A stretch of 64,000 nucleotides of DNA from Myxococcales bacterium (lineage in GTDB: Bacteria > Myxococcota_A > Bradymonadia > Bradymonadales > Bradymonadaceae): the NCBI GenBank assembly GCA_026988815.1, contig JALSKP010000139.1, positions 1,927-65,926 on the forward strand. Reading direction: 5' to 3'. This document shows, in pieces, positions 1 through 8,833 of this stretch. The position numbers were made by a program, and so were the translations under genes. The notes below the pieces were generated by a model. It saw only the letters and a program-made list of their open reading frames with translations. It did not search any database and was not told the origin of the DNA. The stretch's first letter is position 1; each line of letters starts with the position of its first letter.

Positions 1-58
1 GCACTTAAAAGTGCGATAAAAAGAAGGAGTCTAAATCTGCTTAAGGTCATTATTTGTA

Positions 59-1180
59 TTACTTGGAAGTGATGTGAATTTCGACACGGCGATTTGACGC
101 GCGGCCGGCTTCGGTGGAATTGGTTTCAATGGGGCGTTCTTCGCCGAAACCTTCGGAAACCATGCGGAAGCTTTCGACGCCCCGCTCAGCTAAGAAAAGT
201 CGAACCGAAGAGGCACGTCGATCAGATAGTTTTAGATTGTAACGATTACTACCTTTACTGTCGGTGTGTCCTTCGATTCTTATTGTAATTTTTTTCCTCG
301 TTTTCAGAATCGCGGCAACTTCGTTAAGGAGAGGAAAGCTTTGTGCTAAAATATCAGCCTTTCCACTTCTAAAGAAAACTTTTTCGTTGAGGCGAATCTG
401 GTCACCATCGATCTGGGCGAGCGCTTTTTTGTCAGGACAACCGTCCTCATCTTCGTTGTTGTTGTAGGTTTCAGCATCGTTTGGACATTGATCGATAACG
501 TCGGCGATCTGATCGTTATCGTTATCGTCGTCTGGGCATCCATCATCGTCCTGAAATCCGTCATAATCTTCGGGCTGTTTTGGACACTGATCGTTGAGAT
601 CGGCAATGCCGTCTCCATCGTTATCATAATCAGGACAGCCATCATCGTCGGCAAATCCATCTTTATCTTCGGCGACAAACATACAACGGTCGGCAACGTC
701 TTGAATTCCATCGTTGTCGTTGTCCCGATCTGGACAACCGTCCTCATCTTGAAATCCGTCAAAATCTTCTGGATCGTCGGGACATTGATCAACGTCGTCG
801 CGTAAGCCGTCACCATCTCTATCTTGTGGCTTAGGATCGGGCTTTTTGATTTCTATTTTTTTAGCGGTGGTAACTTTAATGGCAACCTGGTTATCACGAC
901 ATTCTTTGAAGTCAGATAATTTGTCGGCCGCTTTTGCATTTCTTTCCGCGAGGGTGAGATGCTTTCTCGATTGAACAAAATTACCTTGGGTGAGCTCATA
1001 CAGTCCAAATTCAACATTGGATTCCGAAAAGGCCAATTCTTTGGGCGCGCAATTGTAGGCACGATCGTGAATCTCGGCGTTGAGGGCCTGGATTTCCGTA
1101 GCTTGCCCACGTAATTTTGCACCTGCAGTACAAGAGGCGCTAAGGAAAATAAGAATCAATGCAAATGTTTTTAAGTTCAT
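59..1180 (-). CDS. OmpA-family outer-membrane lipoprotein with thrombospondin type-3 (calcium-binding) repeats
   Basis: 373-aa ORF with a signal peptide and lipobox (LSASC). About 8 tandem DxDxDGxxDxxDxCP-type repeats. C-terminal OmpA peptidoglycan-binding domain (GHTDSKGSNRYNLKLSDRRA...NRRVEI). Overlaps the upstream ORF by 4 nt. Confidence 0.9.
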   Translation of the reverse strand: MNLKTFALILIFLSASCTAGAKLRGQATEIQALNAEIHDRAYNCAPKELAFSESNVEFGLYELTQGNFVQSRKHLTLAERNAKAADKLSDFKECRDNQVAIKVTTAKKIEIKKPDPKPQDRDGDGLRDDVDQCPDDPEDFDGFQDEDGCPDRDNDNDGIQDVADRCMFVAEDKDGFADDDGCPDYDNDGDGIADLNDQCPKQPEDYDGFQDDDGCPDDDNDNDQIADVIDQCPNDAETYNNNEDEDGCPDKKALAQIDGDQIRLNEKVFFRSGKADILAQSFPLLNEVAAILKTRKKITIRIEGHTDSKGSNRYNLKLSDRRASSVRLFLAERGVESFRMVSEGFGEERPIETNSTEAGRASNRRVEIHITSK

Positions 1181-1629
1181 GGCGCTTCCTCATTTTTCTT
1201 TCCGTTTGAGGATTTCTTTTTTGATTTCGGCGTCGATACTGTAGAGGCTTTGACGTCGGTCATATCGATCGACTCGGCACCGCGATCTTTCATCGCTTCA
1301 TTATTCCTAGCCTCATCAACAGGAGAACCTGTCCACGGATCTTCTTTGGCCTTTAGAATCGCCGCTTCTGCGGCTTGCTTGGCTTCTTTTGCATACTGAT
1401 AGGACGCTTCAAAATCGGAGTATCCCCACTCTTCTTCAGCCTTATGGAGATAGAAGCGTGCATTATAATACTCGTAAGGTGCTTTGAGATCCGCTTCTGC
1501 AACGCGCGCTCGTTCCAAAGCAACGGTAGCTTGACTGATCGTTTGGGTCGATTGAATAGGCCCGCACCCCGTCAAAACGAACATCAAAAGGGCCAGAATA
1601 GCGAAAGATGAGAAACGAAATGAATTCAT
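1177..1629 (-). CDS. DUF4398-like lipoprotein (helical, commonly paired with OmpA-family genes)
   Basis: 150-aa ORF with lipobox LTGC. The helical region ALERARVAEADLKAPYEYYNARFYLHKAEEEW resembles DUF4398. Translationally coupled to the OmpA gene. Confidence 0.7.
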   Translation of the reverse strand: MNSFRFSSFAILALLMFVLTGCGPIQSTQTISQATVALERARVAEADLKAPYEYYNARFYLHKAEEEWGYSDFEASYQYAKEAKQAAEAAILKAKEDPWTGSPVDEARNNEAMKDRGAESIDMTDVKASTVSTPKSKKKSSNGKKNEEAP

Positions 1630-2065
1630 CGACTTCCTTATGATTGAAACAAGTAAATTCGTTACATATTAGAGGAGTTTAGTATCAGAGCGTGGTTTCA
1701 AGTGTCAAGTTTATCGCATGGTTACTTGCTTTAATGAAAAATATTTCTCCAAAAATCGGAAAGCCCATCGACGAAGAACGCACACATCTTTTTGTGCATT
1801 CACCGCCGACGAGCTCCGATATCGCCGCACTGCGTAAACATTCAATCCATTATTCAGTCATTCACCAGCAATATTTCATTTCAATCCATTCAACATCATT
1901 TCATTCATTTATTCAAACATACATCCAATCAACATATTTATAACTAATACAAGAAGCCTGCCAACTTTCAAAAAAACCTTCTCGACGTGGTTATGCCGAA
2001 TTTCGATGCAGCTCTGGCTACTTTAGGTACCACCACGAAGTTCGAGTTTCCATTTACTGGAAGAT

Positions 2066-2992
2066 CTACTTGTCATTTGTCATTTTTCGATTCACCAAAA
2101 GGGAATAGATGAGTAGAAAATTGAACGTTGTTAGGAAAATGAACTGCAGTCCGAGCAAAGCTGGTGGCCAAAACGCGGCCATTGCGATCGCACAGTAAAT
2201 AAACAACATATGCGTTCCCAATCCCAAGAAGGTCGTAATCCGTTGAACATCGGCATATTTATATTGAAAAGCTCGGATCTCACCTTCGGTTAATCGGTTC
2301 TCATCCACGGCGGCCGAGCCAGGCGCAATCACATTCTGAAGTTGGAGAAGAATTTTAAAGTAGATAAACATACCCACTTTTTCCCCGAAACTTCCTTTTT
2401 CTTTGATCTCTTCCCAAGCTGCGGCAACTTCTTCCATCGATTCGGTCCCATCGGCCCCCGAAGGCGAGGTACGCGACATATAGACAGCCTTAACTTTATC
2501 GTACACTGCGACCTGGATCCACATGCTGATCCCCGCAAGTCCGGTAACGATAGCCCATTTCGACCCGTAGCGATTCCCCAAATCTATCACCATCACGACA
2601 TAAAGTGACACCACAACCATCGCGTCGACCAAACCGTCGACGATTCTTCCCATACGCGTTCCGCCGCCTTTGGCTCGGGCGATCTGACCGTCGGCACAAT
2701 CTAGAATGACGGAGAATAAGTACAACACCGCAGCGAGTACGTAGCCCATATCACCGAATACAACGTGGGAAATCGCAGCATCATACATCACCAGCGAGCC
2801 CGACCAGCCCATCATCAAACTCGCGTAGGTGATTTGATTGGGTGTTATGGATGTTGAAAAAATCGCAGAAGCGAAAATAGCCGCTGCAGGGCGGTGAAAG
2901 AACATATCGATGATTTCTTCCACATCGGGATGTTTAAAAACGAGAAGTTTATCGTAGCGTTCTTTAAATGTCATAAGCGAGAATCTCTTCAT
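2066..2992 (-). CDS. CDP-alcohol phosphatidyltransferase family membrane protein
   Basis: 308-aa multi-pass membrane ORF. It carries the family signature D-x2-DG-x2-AR-x8-G-x3-D-x3-D, seen as DCADGQIARAKGGGTRMGRIVDGLVDAMV. Confidence 0.85.
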   Translation of the reverse strand: MKRFSLMTFKERYDKLLVFKHPDVEEIIDMFFHRPAAAIFASAIFSTSITPNQITYASLMMGWSGSLVMYDAAISHVVFGDMGYVLAAVLYLFSVILDCADGQIARAKGGGTRMGRIVDGLVDAMVVVSLYVVMVIDLGNRYGSKWAIVTGLAGISMWIQVAVYDKVKAVYMSRTSPSGADGTESMEEVAAAWEEIKEKGSFGEKVGMFIYFKILLQLQNVIAPGSAAVDENRLTEGEIRAFQYKYADVQRITTFLGLGTHMLFIYCAIAMAAFWPPALLGLQFIFLTTFNFLLIYSLLVNRKMTNDK

Positions 2993-3176
2993 TCAACCGC
3001 TCGTTTCTACGCCCTCCGATACGATTGAGCAAATCCTTACTCGCGCAAAAATTACTCAGTCAAATCGTATTTCGAAAAAATCGAAGTAAATATTAATTTT
3101 TACCGAGGATCTTAAAAAAAAATAGAACCCTTTCTCTGTCTCGACTATCTATGTGTTGTAAGAACTGGAGATCGGT

Positions 3177-3734
3177 TTGAATGAACAAGAGATGAAAATC
3201 GCATTCGCGGAAACGGCACAAGGAAATACCAACGCCTTCTCGCCGATCGCTCGCCAATTGCGTCCCGCTATCACCCGTTTTGTCCTTTCCATTGTGAAGG
3301 ATGAAGAAGCTGCAAAAGATCTTGTTCAGGATGCCTTTATTCGAGCGATTGAAAAAGCGGCTTCTTTTCGAGGCGATTCCTCGGTTAAAACCTGGATCTT
3401 TACCATCGCCAGAAATTTTGCGTACGCACATTTAAGACGAAGAAAACTTCAAGAACGAAGCGTTTCAACTCTGGAATTGGCGATGGGCGCGGGTTGGGGA
3501 AGTTATTCAGATCCTGAAAAAATTGCCTCGCTCAAAGAGGAGACATTGATTCTTCACGACGCTTTGGCCGCCTTGGATCCCGAGACCCGAGAAATCATCC
3601 TTTTAAGAGATATTGAAAGCTACTCGGGAAAAGAGACAGCCGACATTATGGAACTTAGCCTGGCTGCGATGAAAACCAGATTACATAGATCAAGACTAAA
3701 ACTATTGGCCGAACTGAAACGGAGGCTTAAATAA
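3177..3734 (+). CDS. ECF-type RNA polymerase sigma-70 family factor
   Basis: 185-aa ORF with a TTG start 7 nt after GGAG. Region 2 (DLVQDAFIRAIEKAASFRGDSSVKTWIFTIARN) and region 4 (ETADIMELSLAAMKTRLHRSRLKL) are recognisable. Confidence 0.9.
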   Translation: MNEQEMKIAFAETAQGNTNAFSPIARQLRPAITRFVLSIVKDEEAAKDLVQDAFIRAIEKAASFRGDSSVKTWIFTIARNFAYAHLRRRKLQERSVSTLELAMGAGWGSYSDPEKIASLKEETLILHDALAALDPETREIILLRDIESYSGKETADIMELSLAAMKTRLHRSRLKLLAELKRRLK

Positions 3735-3937
3735 TGAAAGAACGCAATGATGGCGGTATCAAATGTTCCGAAATCGTCGAGGTTTTAGACGACTATGCAG
3801 AAGGGATTCTGAATGCCGAAACCACAAAAAAAATTCAGAACCACCTCAGGTCTTGTGAGAACTGTGCAAACTTTGGAGCGCGTTATGTTGCCCTGCTTGG
3901 TCTTTTGAAAGAGCAAGGCCCACACGTACTCATTTAA
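3734..3937 (+). CDS. Short soluble zinc-binding (ZAS, HxxxCxxC) anti-sigma factor, RsrA-like
   Basis: 67-aa ORF with a 1-nt stop/start overlap (TAATG) with the sigma gene. Carries H37-x3-C41-x2-C44 plus C11. No transmembrane segment. Confidence 0.8.
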   Translation: MKERNDGGIKCSEIVEVLDDYAEGILNAETTKKIQNHLRSCENCANFGARYVALLGLLKEQGPHVLI

Positions 3938-3963
3938 CTTTTAACCCTACTAAGGAGAATATC

Positions 3964-4176
3964 ATGGATTTACTAAAGCAGAACGAACACTCAATCGAAC
4001 GCGCCATTCGCATTATCGTCGGATTGGTTTTACTCAGTCTCGTCTTTATCGGACCCAAAACAATGTTCGGTTTGATTGGTATCGTCCCGATACTCACTGG
4101 CGCTTTGGGCACTTGCCCGATCTACACCCTCCTAGGTTTTAGCACCTGCAAGAATTGCGAAGTAGACAAAGCCTAA
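3964..4176 (+). CDS. DUF2892 (YgaP C-terminal-like) small membrane protein
   Basis: 70-aa ORF with two hydrophobic helices. The motif IERAIRIIVGLVLL...GIVPILTGALGTCPIYTLLGFSTC is typical of DUF2892. Confidence 0.75.
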   Translation: MDLLKQNEHSIERAIRIIVGLVLLSLVFIGPKTMFGLIGIVPILTGALGTCPIYTLLGFSTCKNCEVDKA

Positions 4177-4182
4177 GAAGGC

Positions 4183-4560
4183 CTAACTAGAATAATCTGA
4201 GAAAAAGAAATTCAGTTTGTTCCCGTCCAAATCTCTAAAATACGCCGCGAAAAATTGAGGCGATCGAGCGCCTGGTTCACCTTCACAAGTGGCGCCCAAA
4301 CTAAGCGCTTTGTTGTAAAACTCTGTAACCTTTTCTTTGGAGTTCACCTGGAAGGCCACCATGCCTCCATTCCCGGCGCTCGCCGCTTGACCATCAAAAG
4401 GCGTAGTGATCATGAACGAGGGTTCGGTAAAATCTTTCCCCCAAAGCACGCCGCGATCGGTTCTAAAAAGTTGCTTCTCACCCATCGTCTCGAAAAGAGG
4501 ATCGTAGAATGCTATCGATCTATCGAGGTCGTTTGTTCCTAACGTGACGTATCCAATCAT
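4183..4560 (-). CDS. VOC/glyoxalase-family protein
   Basis: 125-aa ORF. The N-terminus MIGYVTLGTNDLDRSIAFYD and C-terminus AYFRDLDGNKL are typical of the glyoxalase/bleomycin-resistance fold. Confidence 0.8.
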   Translation of the reverse strand: MIGYVTLGTNDLDRSIAFYDPLFETMGEKQLFRTDRGVLWGKDFTEPSFMITTPFDGQAASAGNGGMVAFQVNSKEKVTEFYNKALSLGATCEGEPGARSPQFFAAYFRDLDGNKLNFFFSDYSS

Positions 4561-4648
4561 ATTTTCTCCTTCTGCTTAAACGCGCTTCATTTGTCTTTTG
4601 TTCATGGCTTCCTTTTTGTACTCTATAACAACCTTCTACAGGTCCAAA

Positions 4649-6430
4649 ATGAAAACAACACAGTTTCTGATCTTATCTTTGCTCCTCTTTCTTCCGACCT
4701 CTCTTTTTTCACAAAGTTTGGGCGATGCCAGAGAACTTTACGCGGCGGGAAATTGGGACACGGCAAAAGAGGCCTATAGTGATCTCTACAAAAAAGGGGA
4801 TCCCAATATACAGGTCGAGGCGGCGCTCGAAATTTCTGGGATTTTGTGGGAACAGGGACAATACGCCAAAGCATTAAAGTGGACCCAAACGACAAAAGAA
4901 CTCATTCAAAAAACGGGGAAAAACGAACTCAAAAGTCGTCGCTTGTTTACCCTCGGAAATATCCTCGCCAGTAAAGGCAAGTTTGGTAAATCGTATTCAA
5001 CTTTACAATTTTGTCAGAAAGAGGCGAGGAAATATAAAGACCTTAGCTTTGAAGTATTGTGTCGAATTAGTGCGCGCTTTGTTCGCCAACTTCAGGGGAA
5101 ATCCACAACTTCAAAAAAACAATATCAATCCGATCTAAAAAAATTAAAATCGACTGGACAACCAATGCTAGTTGGAACCGCCTTGGCAAAAACTGCATCT
5201 CTTCGCGACAGTGCCGGTCGTTATGGCGACGCGATTCACTTACTAAAAATGGCGCACGGCCAATTCAAAATTTCAAAGAGCGATCCAGCATTGGCAAGAA
5301 ACAAACTTCGAATGGCAGCCGTTTACCAAAACGCTGGACAGTGGAGCGACTCCAAAAAACAGCTCGCTGGCCTCGTCTCGACCTTCAGAAATATGAATAA
5401 TAAACCTGCCTTGGTTACACTTTATTCTTTAAAAGGACGACAAGCACAATACGATGGCGATTCAAAAGCAGCGAAAAAATACTTAACCAAAGCCCAAGTC
5501 AATGCATCCTCTCTTTCTTCTCCGCAGATTCGCGCCCAAGTCGACCTCGGATTCTGCGAGCTATATACCGACGCCCAACATCTAAACAACGCACAAAAAT
5601 ATTGTGATCGTGCTTATGAGAATTTTTCGAAAATTGGTTTATGGACGCTCGCCGCGCGTTCGAAAATCATGTTGGGCGGACTTGCTCAGAGCCGAAGCGA
5701 ATTAGAACTTGCCGCCCAATCCTATAAAAGTGCGCTTGGTATTCTTGAACGCATCGGCAATCAGACTTTCGTCAAACGTGATATTGCCTTCCAAAAAACC
5801 AACTACTGCCAAGTCAGTTGGGAGCTCAAAAGGGCAGAGGCTCCAACGATTTGTTTAAATGCTACTCGCTCGTTCGGCGGCATCAAAAAGGACGCCACCG
5901 TCTATAATGCGATGGCCAAGGCACATTATATTTTGGCGCATTTGAAAAAGAAGAAAAAAGAGAAAATCGCTAATTTCAAGAACGCCGCGCGCTTATTTGA
6001 AAAAGGTGGCCAGCCAGCACGCTCCGCCGATGCTCTACTTCGGGCCGCAGAGCGGATGAAAGCCAAAGTATCGGTTCCTCTTCTCAACAAAGCCCTTGGT
6101 CTTGTTACTTCAAAAGCGATAATAAAAAACAGAATCCCGGAAGAGGTTCGCATCAATATTCTTACCCATCTAAGTGAGGATTTGATGGAACTCTCGCAAT
6201 GGAAAGACGCTCTAGAAAACTTAAATCTTCTCAAGAACTCCGCACGACGACAAAAGGATTGGACATCTTTATCTTGGGCGCATAACGCGCGGGCGCGTGT
6301 CCTTCTAAAAACGAAGGGACGTCCCGAAGCGCTAACCGCATTACGAGAATGTATCGACACTTCGAAGAAAGCCCACGATAAAACCCAAGAAGATCTCTGC
6401 GAAGAAAATTTAAAAAAATTATCAAAATAA
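4649..6430 (+). CDS. Secreted TPR-like helical repeat protein
   Basis: The ORF is open from 4598. The ATG at 4649 gives a clean signal peptide (MKTTQFLILSLLLFLPTSLFSQ). The rest is helical and Ala/Lys/Leu-rich, with TPR-like periodicity. No catalytic motif was recognised. Confidence 0.7.
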   Translation: MKTTQFLILSLLLFLPTSLFSQSLGDARELYAAGNWDTAKEAYSDLYKKGDPNIQVEAALEISGILWEQGQYAKALKWTQTTKELIQKTGKNELKSRRLFTLGNILASKGKFGKSYSTLQFCQKEARKYKDLSFEVLCRISARFVRQLQGKSTTSKKQYQSDLKKLKSTGQPMLVGTALAKTASLRDSAGRYGDAIHLLKMAHGQFKISKSDPALARNKLRMAAVYQNAGQWSDSKKQLAGLVSTFRNMNNKPALVTLYSLKGRQAQYDGDSKAAKKYLTKAQVNASSLSSPQIRAQVDLGFCELYTDAQHLNNAQKYCDRAYENFSKIGLWTLAARSKIMLGGLAQSRSELELAAQSYKSALGILERIGNQTFVKRDIAFQKTNYCQVSWELKRAEAPTICLNATRSFGGIKKDATVYNAMAKAHYILAHLKKKKKEKIANFKNAARLFEKGGQPARSADALLRAAERMKAKVSVPLLNKALGLVTSKAIIKNRIPEEVRINILTHLSEDLMELSQWKDALENLNLLKNSARRQKDWTSLSWAHNARARVLLKTKGRPEALTALRECIDTSKKAHDKTQEDLCEENLKKLSK

Positions 6431-6478
6431 TTGTAAACTCAGCTCCTACTTTCCACACCTTACCTAAAGCGATGACTC

Positions 6479-7960
6479 ATGAAGATTGAAACAAACTATT
6501 TTAATGGCCAATGGAACCAGTTTAACTCCGGCGAGGCATGGCAGCGAGAAAACCCAAGCCGCATTTCTGAGGTGGCCTTTGAAGCCAAAGAAGATATTAC
6601 CCATGTTGATTTGGCCGTCGCCTCTGCAAAAAAGGCCTTCCCTTCATGGAAAAAAATTGGGTTCCAAAATCGGCAGGCCTATTTAGAAAAACTAAAAAAC
6701 GAATTCAAAAAAAAGGAAGACCAGATCGCCAGACGAATCTCCATTGAGGCCGGAAAACCTTTGTGGGAAGCCCAAGGTGAGGCCCGCGCGCTGGTCGCAA
6801 AAATTGATATCATGAGCACCGAAGGCGCGGGAATGGTGAAGACCGTAAACCCGGAGTCCTTGTCTGGGCGATATCGTTTTCGACCCTTGGGACCGGTCGC
6901 CATTCTGGGTCCCTTTAACTTTCCGGCCCATCTACTCAATGGGCATATCATTCCGGCTCTTCTTCACGGAAATACGCTAATCGTCAAACCTTCGGAAATG
7001 ACAAGCGGTGTTATGCAATTGTATTTCGAATGCGTTCACGAGGCGGGCTTTCCGCCGGGCGTTATCAATCTCCTCCATGGTAGCGGAAAAACTGGTGCCG
7101 CCCTTTCGGTCCATCCTGATATCCGAGGGATCTTTTTCACAGGCTCTTGGAAAACGGGACTTGCGATAAGAAAGGCCACCCTCGAAATGCCATTCAAAGT
7201 ACTCGCCTTAGAAATGGGTGGTAAAAACACCTCCATTATTCTTCCCGATGCAAATCTTGAACAAGCGGCGCACGAAATCGCATTGGCCTCTTATTTGACC
7301 ACCGGTCAACGATGTAGTGCTACCAGTCGTGTGGTTCTTCACGAGAGTGTTTTTGATGATTTTGTAGATCTTTTTACTACAATAAGTCGGCGTATTACGA
7401 CCGGTGACGCCTTAGAAAGCGACTCCTTTATGGGACCTTTAATTAATAAAGCGGCTTACGATAATTTCATCGCTGCACAATCCAATACTGAACAAGGTGT
7501 TTTGAAACCTCTTCTTAAAGGTGGCGCGACGGAAGATAAAAGCGGGTATTTCGTAAAGCCGGCTGTATGGTTGGCAGGCGAAGTTAATCCTAAAGGCGGC
7601 CATCAAGCCGAGGAAATTTTTGGACCCGATGTGGTTTTATATCGCGCGAGTTCAGATAGTGAAGCCGTCCAAATCGCCAATGCCACGGACTATGGTTTGG
7701 CGATGAGCATCTTTAGTGACAACCGAGAACGCTTTGATGATATGGCCGATTTACTCGAAGCGGGAATCGTCAATCTCAACAGGTCCACATGCGGCGCATC
7801 AAGCCGTCTTCCTTTTGGCGGATTAAAAAAATCGGGGAACGGAATGCCTTCGGCACTTTTTGCGCCTTTTTATTGCACCTATCCTCAAGCCCAACTTTTC
7901 GAAGAAGCGGGCTGGTCGGATGCAAAGTCTAACGCTGGCGCCTTGTCCAAACTTTCCTAA
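6479..7960 (+). CDS. NAD(P)-dependent aldehyde dehydrogenase (succinylglutamate-semialdehyde dehydrogenase-like)
   Basis: 493-aa ORF with ALDH motifs: FTGSWKTG, catalytic Glu in LEMGGKN, catalytic Cys in GQRCSA, and EEIFGP. Confidence 0.9.
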   Translation: MKIETNYFNGQWNQFNSGEAWQRENPSRISEVAFEAKEDITHVDLAVASAKKAFPSWKKIGFQNRQAYLEKLKNEFKKKEDQIARRISIEAGKPLWEAQGEARALVAKIDIMSTEGAGMVKTVNPESLSGRYRFRPLGPVAILGPFNFPAHLLNGHIIPALLHGNTLIVKPSEMTSGVMQLYFECVHEAGFPPGVINLLHGSGKTGAALSVHPDIRGIFFTGSWKTGLAIRKATLEMPFKVLALEMGGKNTSIILPDANLEQAAHEIALASYLTTGQRCSATSRVVLHESVFDDFVDLFTTISRRITTGDALESDSFMGPLINKAAYDNFIAAQSNTEQGVLKPLLKGGATEDKSGYFVKPAVWLAGEVNPKGGHQAEEIFGPDVVLYRASSDSEAVQIANATDYGLAMSIFSDNRERFDDMADLLEAGIVNLNRSTCGASSRLPFGGLKKSGNGMPSALFAPFYCTYPQAQLFEEAGWSDAKSNAGALSKLS

Positions 7961-8019
7961 ATTTTGTTAACCTACCAATCCAACCTACGCCAAACACGAC
8001 CGACATTTTGAATCACACG

Positions 8020-8820
8020 CTATTCGGTGTAGCGAAGCACGAGTAGGCTGTTATTCTGAATTGTTTGATCTAAAAATTCTCGAAAAGTAAACTCGTCTAC
8101 AGGTTTCTCTCCCTCCTCATCCCAATAATTTTCTCCGTATTCGTTCCAATACATTTTGAAAAGTAGGTCAACGAGAACCTGTCTTTTTTCTACATCGAGA
8201 ATCCTGTTTCGGATAAAGACAATAAAGGAGGCGCCGATTCCGAAGAGCTCATAGTCAAAGTGTTCTTTCATGTGTTTGGCGAGCATGTAATTTTCAAAGG
8301 GATTGAGATCGCCAGAAAAATATCCATTCGCAAATGCGCCAATCAACTGGCATGGTTTTTCTACCGGAACTTTCAAAATAAGAAGGGTCTCGTCGGTGAT
8401 GTTCACAAGGTCTTTATTCCCCTCAATAAACCCTTCAAAGCCCTCACTCAGGCGCAGATTTTTTTCTAAAAAATTTCCTTCTTTTGCTTTTTCGGCGAGC
8501 CGGAGGAAATTCCTTTTCCTTACGAAAAATTCATCTTGGGTTAGCAAGTATCCAATATGCTCGCCGTCTTCAAAACAAATCTCGGGGAACTTGCTCACAT
8601 CTCTTGCATCGAAGGCATCTAAATCGTGGGTTAAGCGTGCGTGCATCGACGTATACTCGGCTTGATTTAAGTTGTCGATGGTTACTAAAAAATGGAAGCC
8701 AGGATTGTCCCGTCGCAGCTCCTCGTAGAATTCAATGAGTTCCTCAGTATTAAAATCGCCTACTTTATATCGGTCGCATAAATATCGTTCTGCGTTATCT
8801 GTAATCCGTTTTTTGTGCAC
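8020..8820 (-). CDS. Hypothetical acidic cytoplasmic protein, co-oriented 13 nt downstream of pbpC
   Basis: 266-aa ORF with no signal peptide or transmembrane segment and normal composition. The C-terminal half loosely resembles DUF4253-type domains (low certainty). Confidence 0.6.
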   Translation of the reverse strand: MHKKRITDNAERYLCDRYKVGDFNTEELIEFYEELRRDNPGFHFLVTIDNLNQAEYTSMHARLTHDLDAFDARDVSKFPEICFEDGEHIGYLLTQDEFFVRKRNFLRLAEKAKEGNFLEKNLRLSEGFEGFIEGNKDLVNITDETLLILKVPVEKPCQLIGAFANGYFSGDLNPFENYMLAKHMKEHFDYELFGIGASFIVFIRNRILDVEKRQVLVDLLFKMYWNEYGENYWDEEGEKPVDEFTFREFLDQTIQNNSLLVLRYTE

Positions 8821-8833
8821 CTTTTACCTTCCT

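Noticed and set aside
94-816. Several 60-156-aa ORFs (94-288, 264-467, 346-816, 488-805) on both strands inside the OmpA gene.
   Set aside because: They are alternative-frame or antisense readings of the repetitive GAT/GAC-rich thrombospondin-repeat DNA. The translations are low-complexity (T/M/I/V runs). The 59-1180 frame carries clear domains.
1692-1943. 83-aa plus-strand ORF across the 1.6-2.0 kb intergenic region.
   Set aside because: It has a GTG start with no RBS. The second half is a translation of the G-free CATTCA tract (HS/FI-rich low complexity). It is treated as non-coding, and the tract is reported as a finding instead.
3125-3150. GAAC ... TCTCGA upstream of the ECF sigma gene as an autoregulated ECF promoter.
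   Set aside because: The -35-like GAAC is present, but no convincing -10 (CGTC or GTT type) lies at the expected 16-18 nt spacing.
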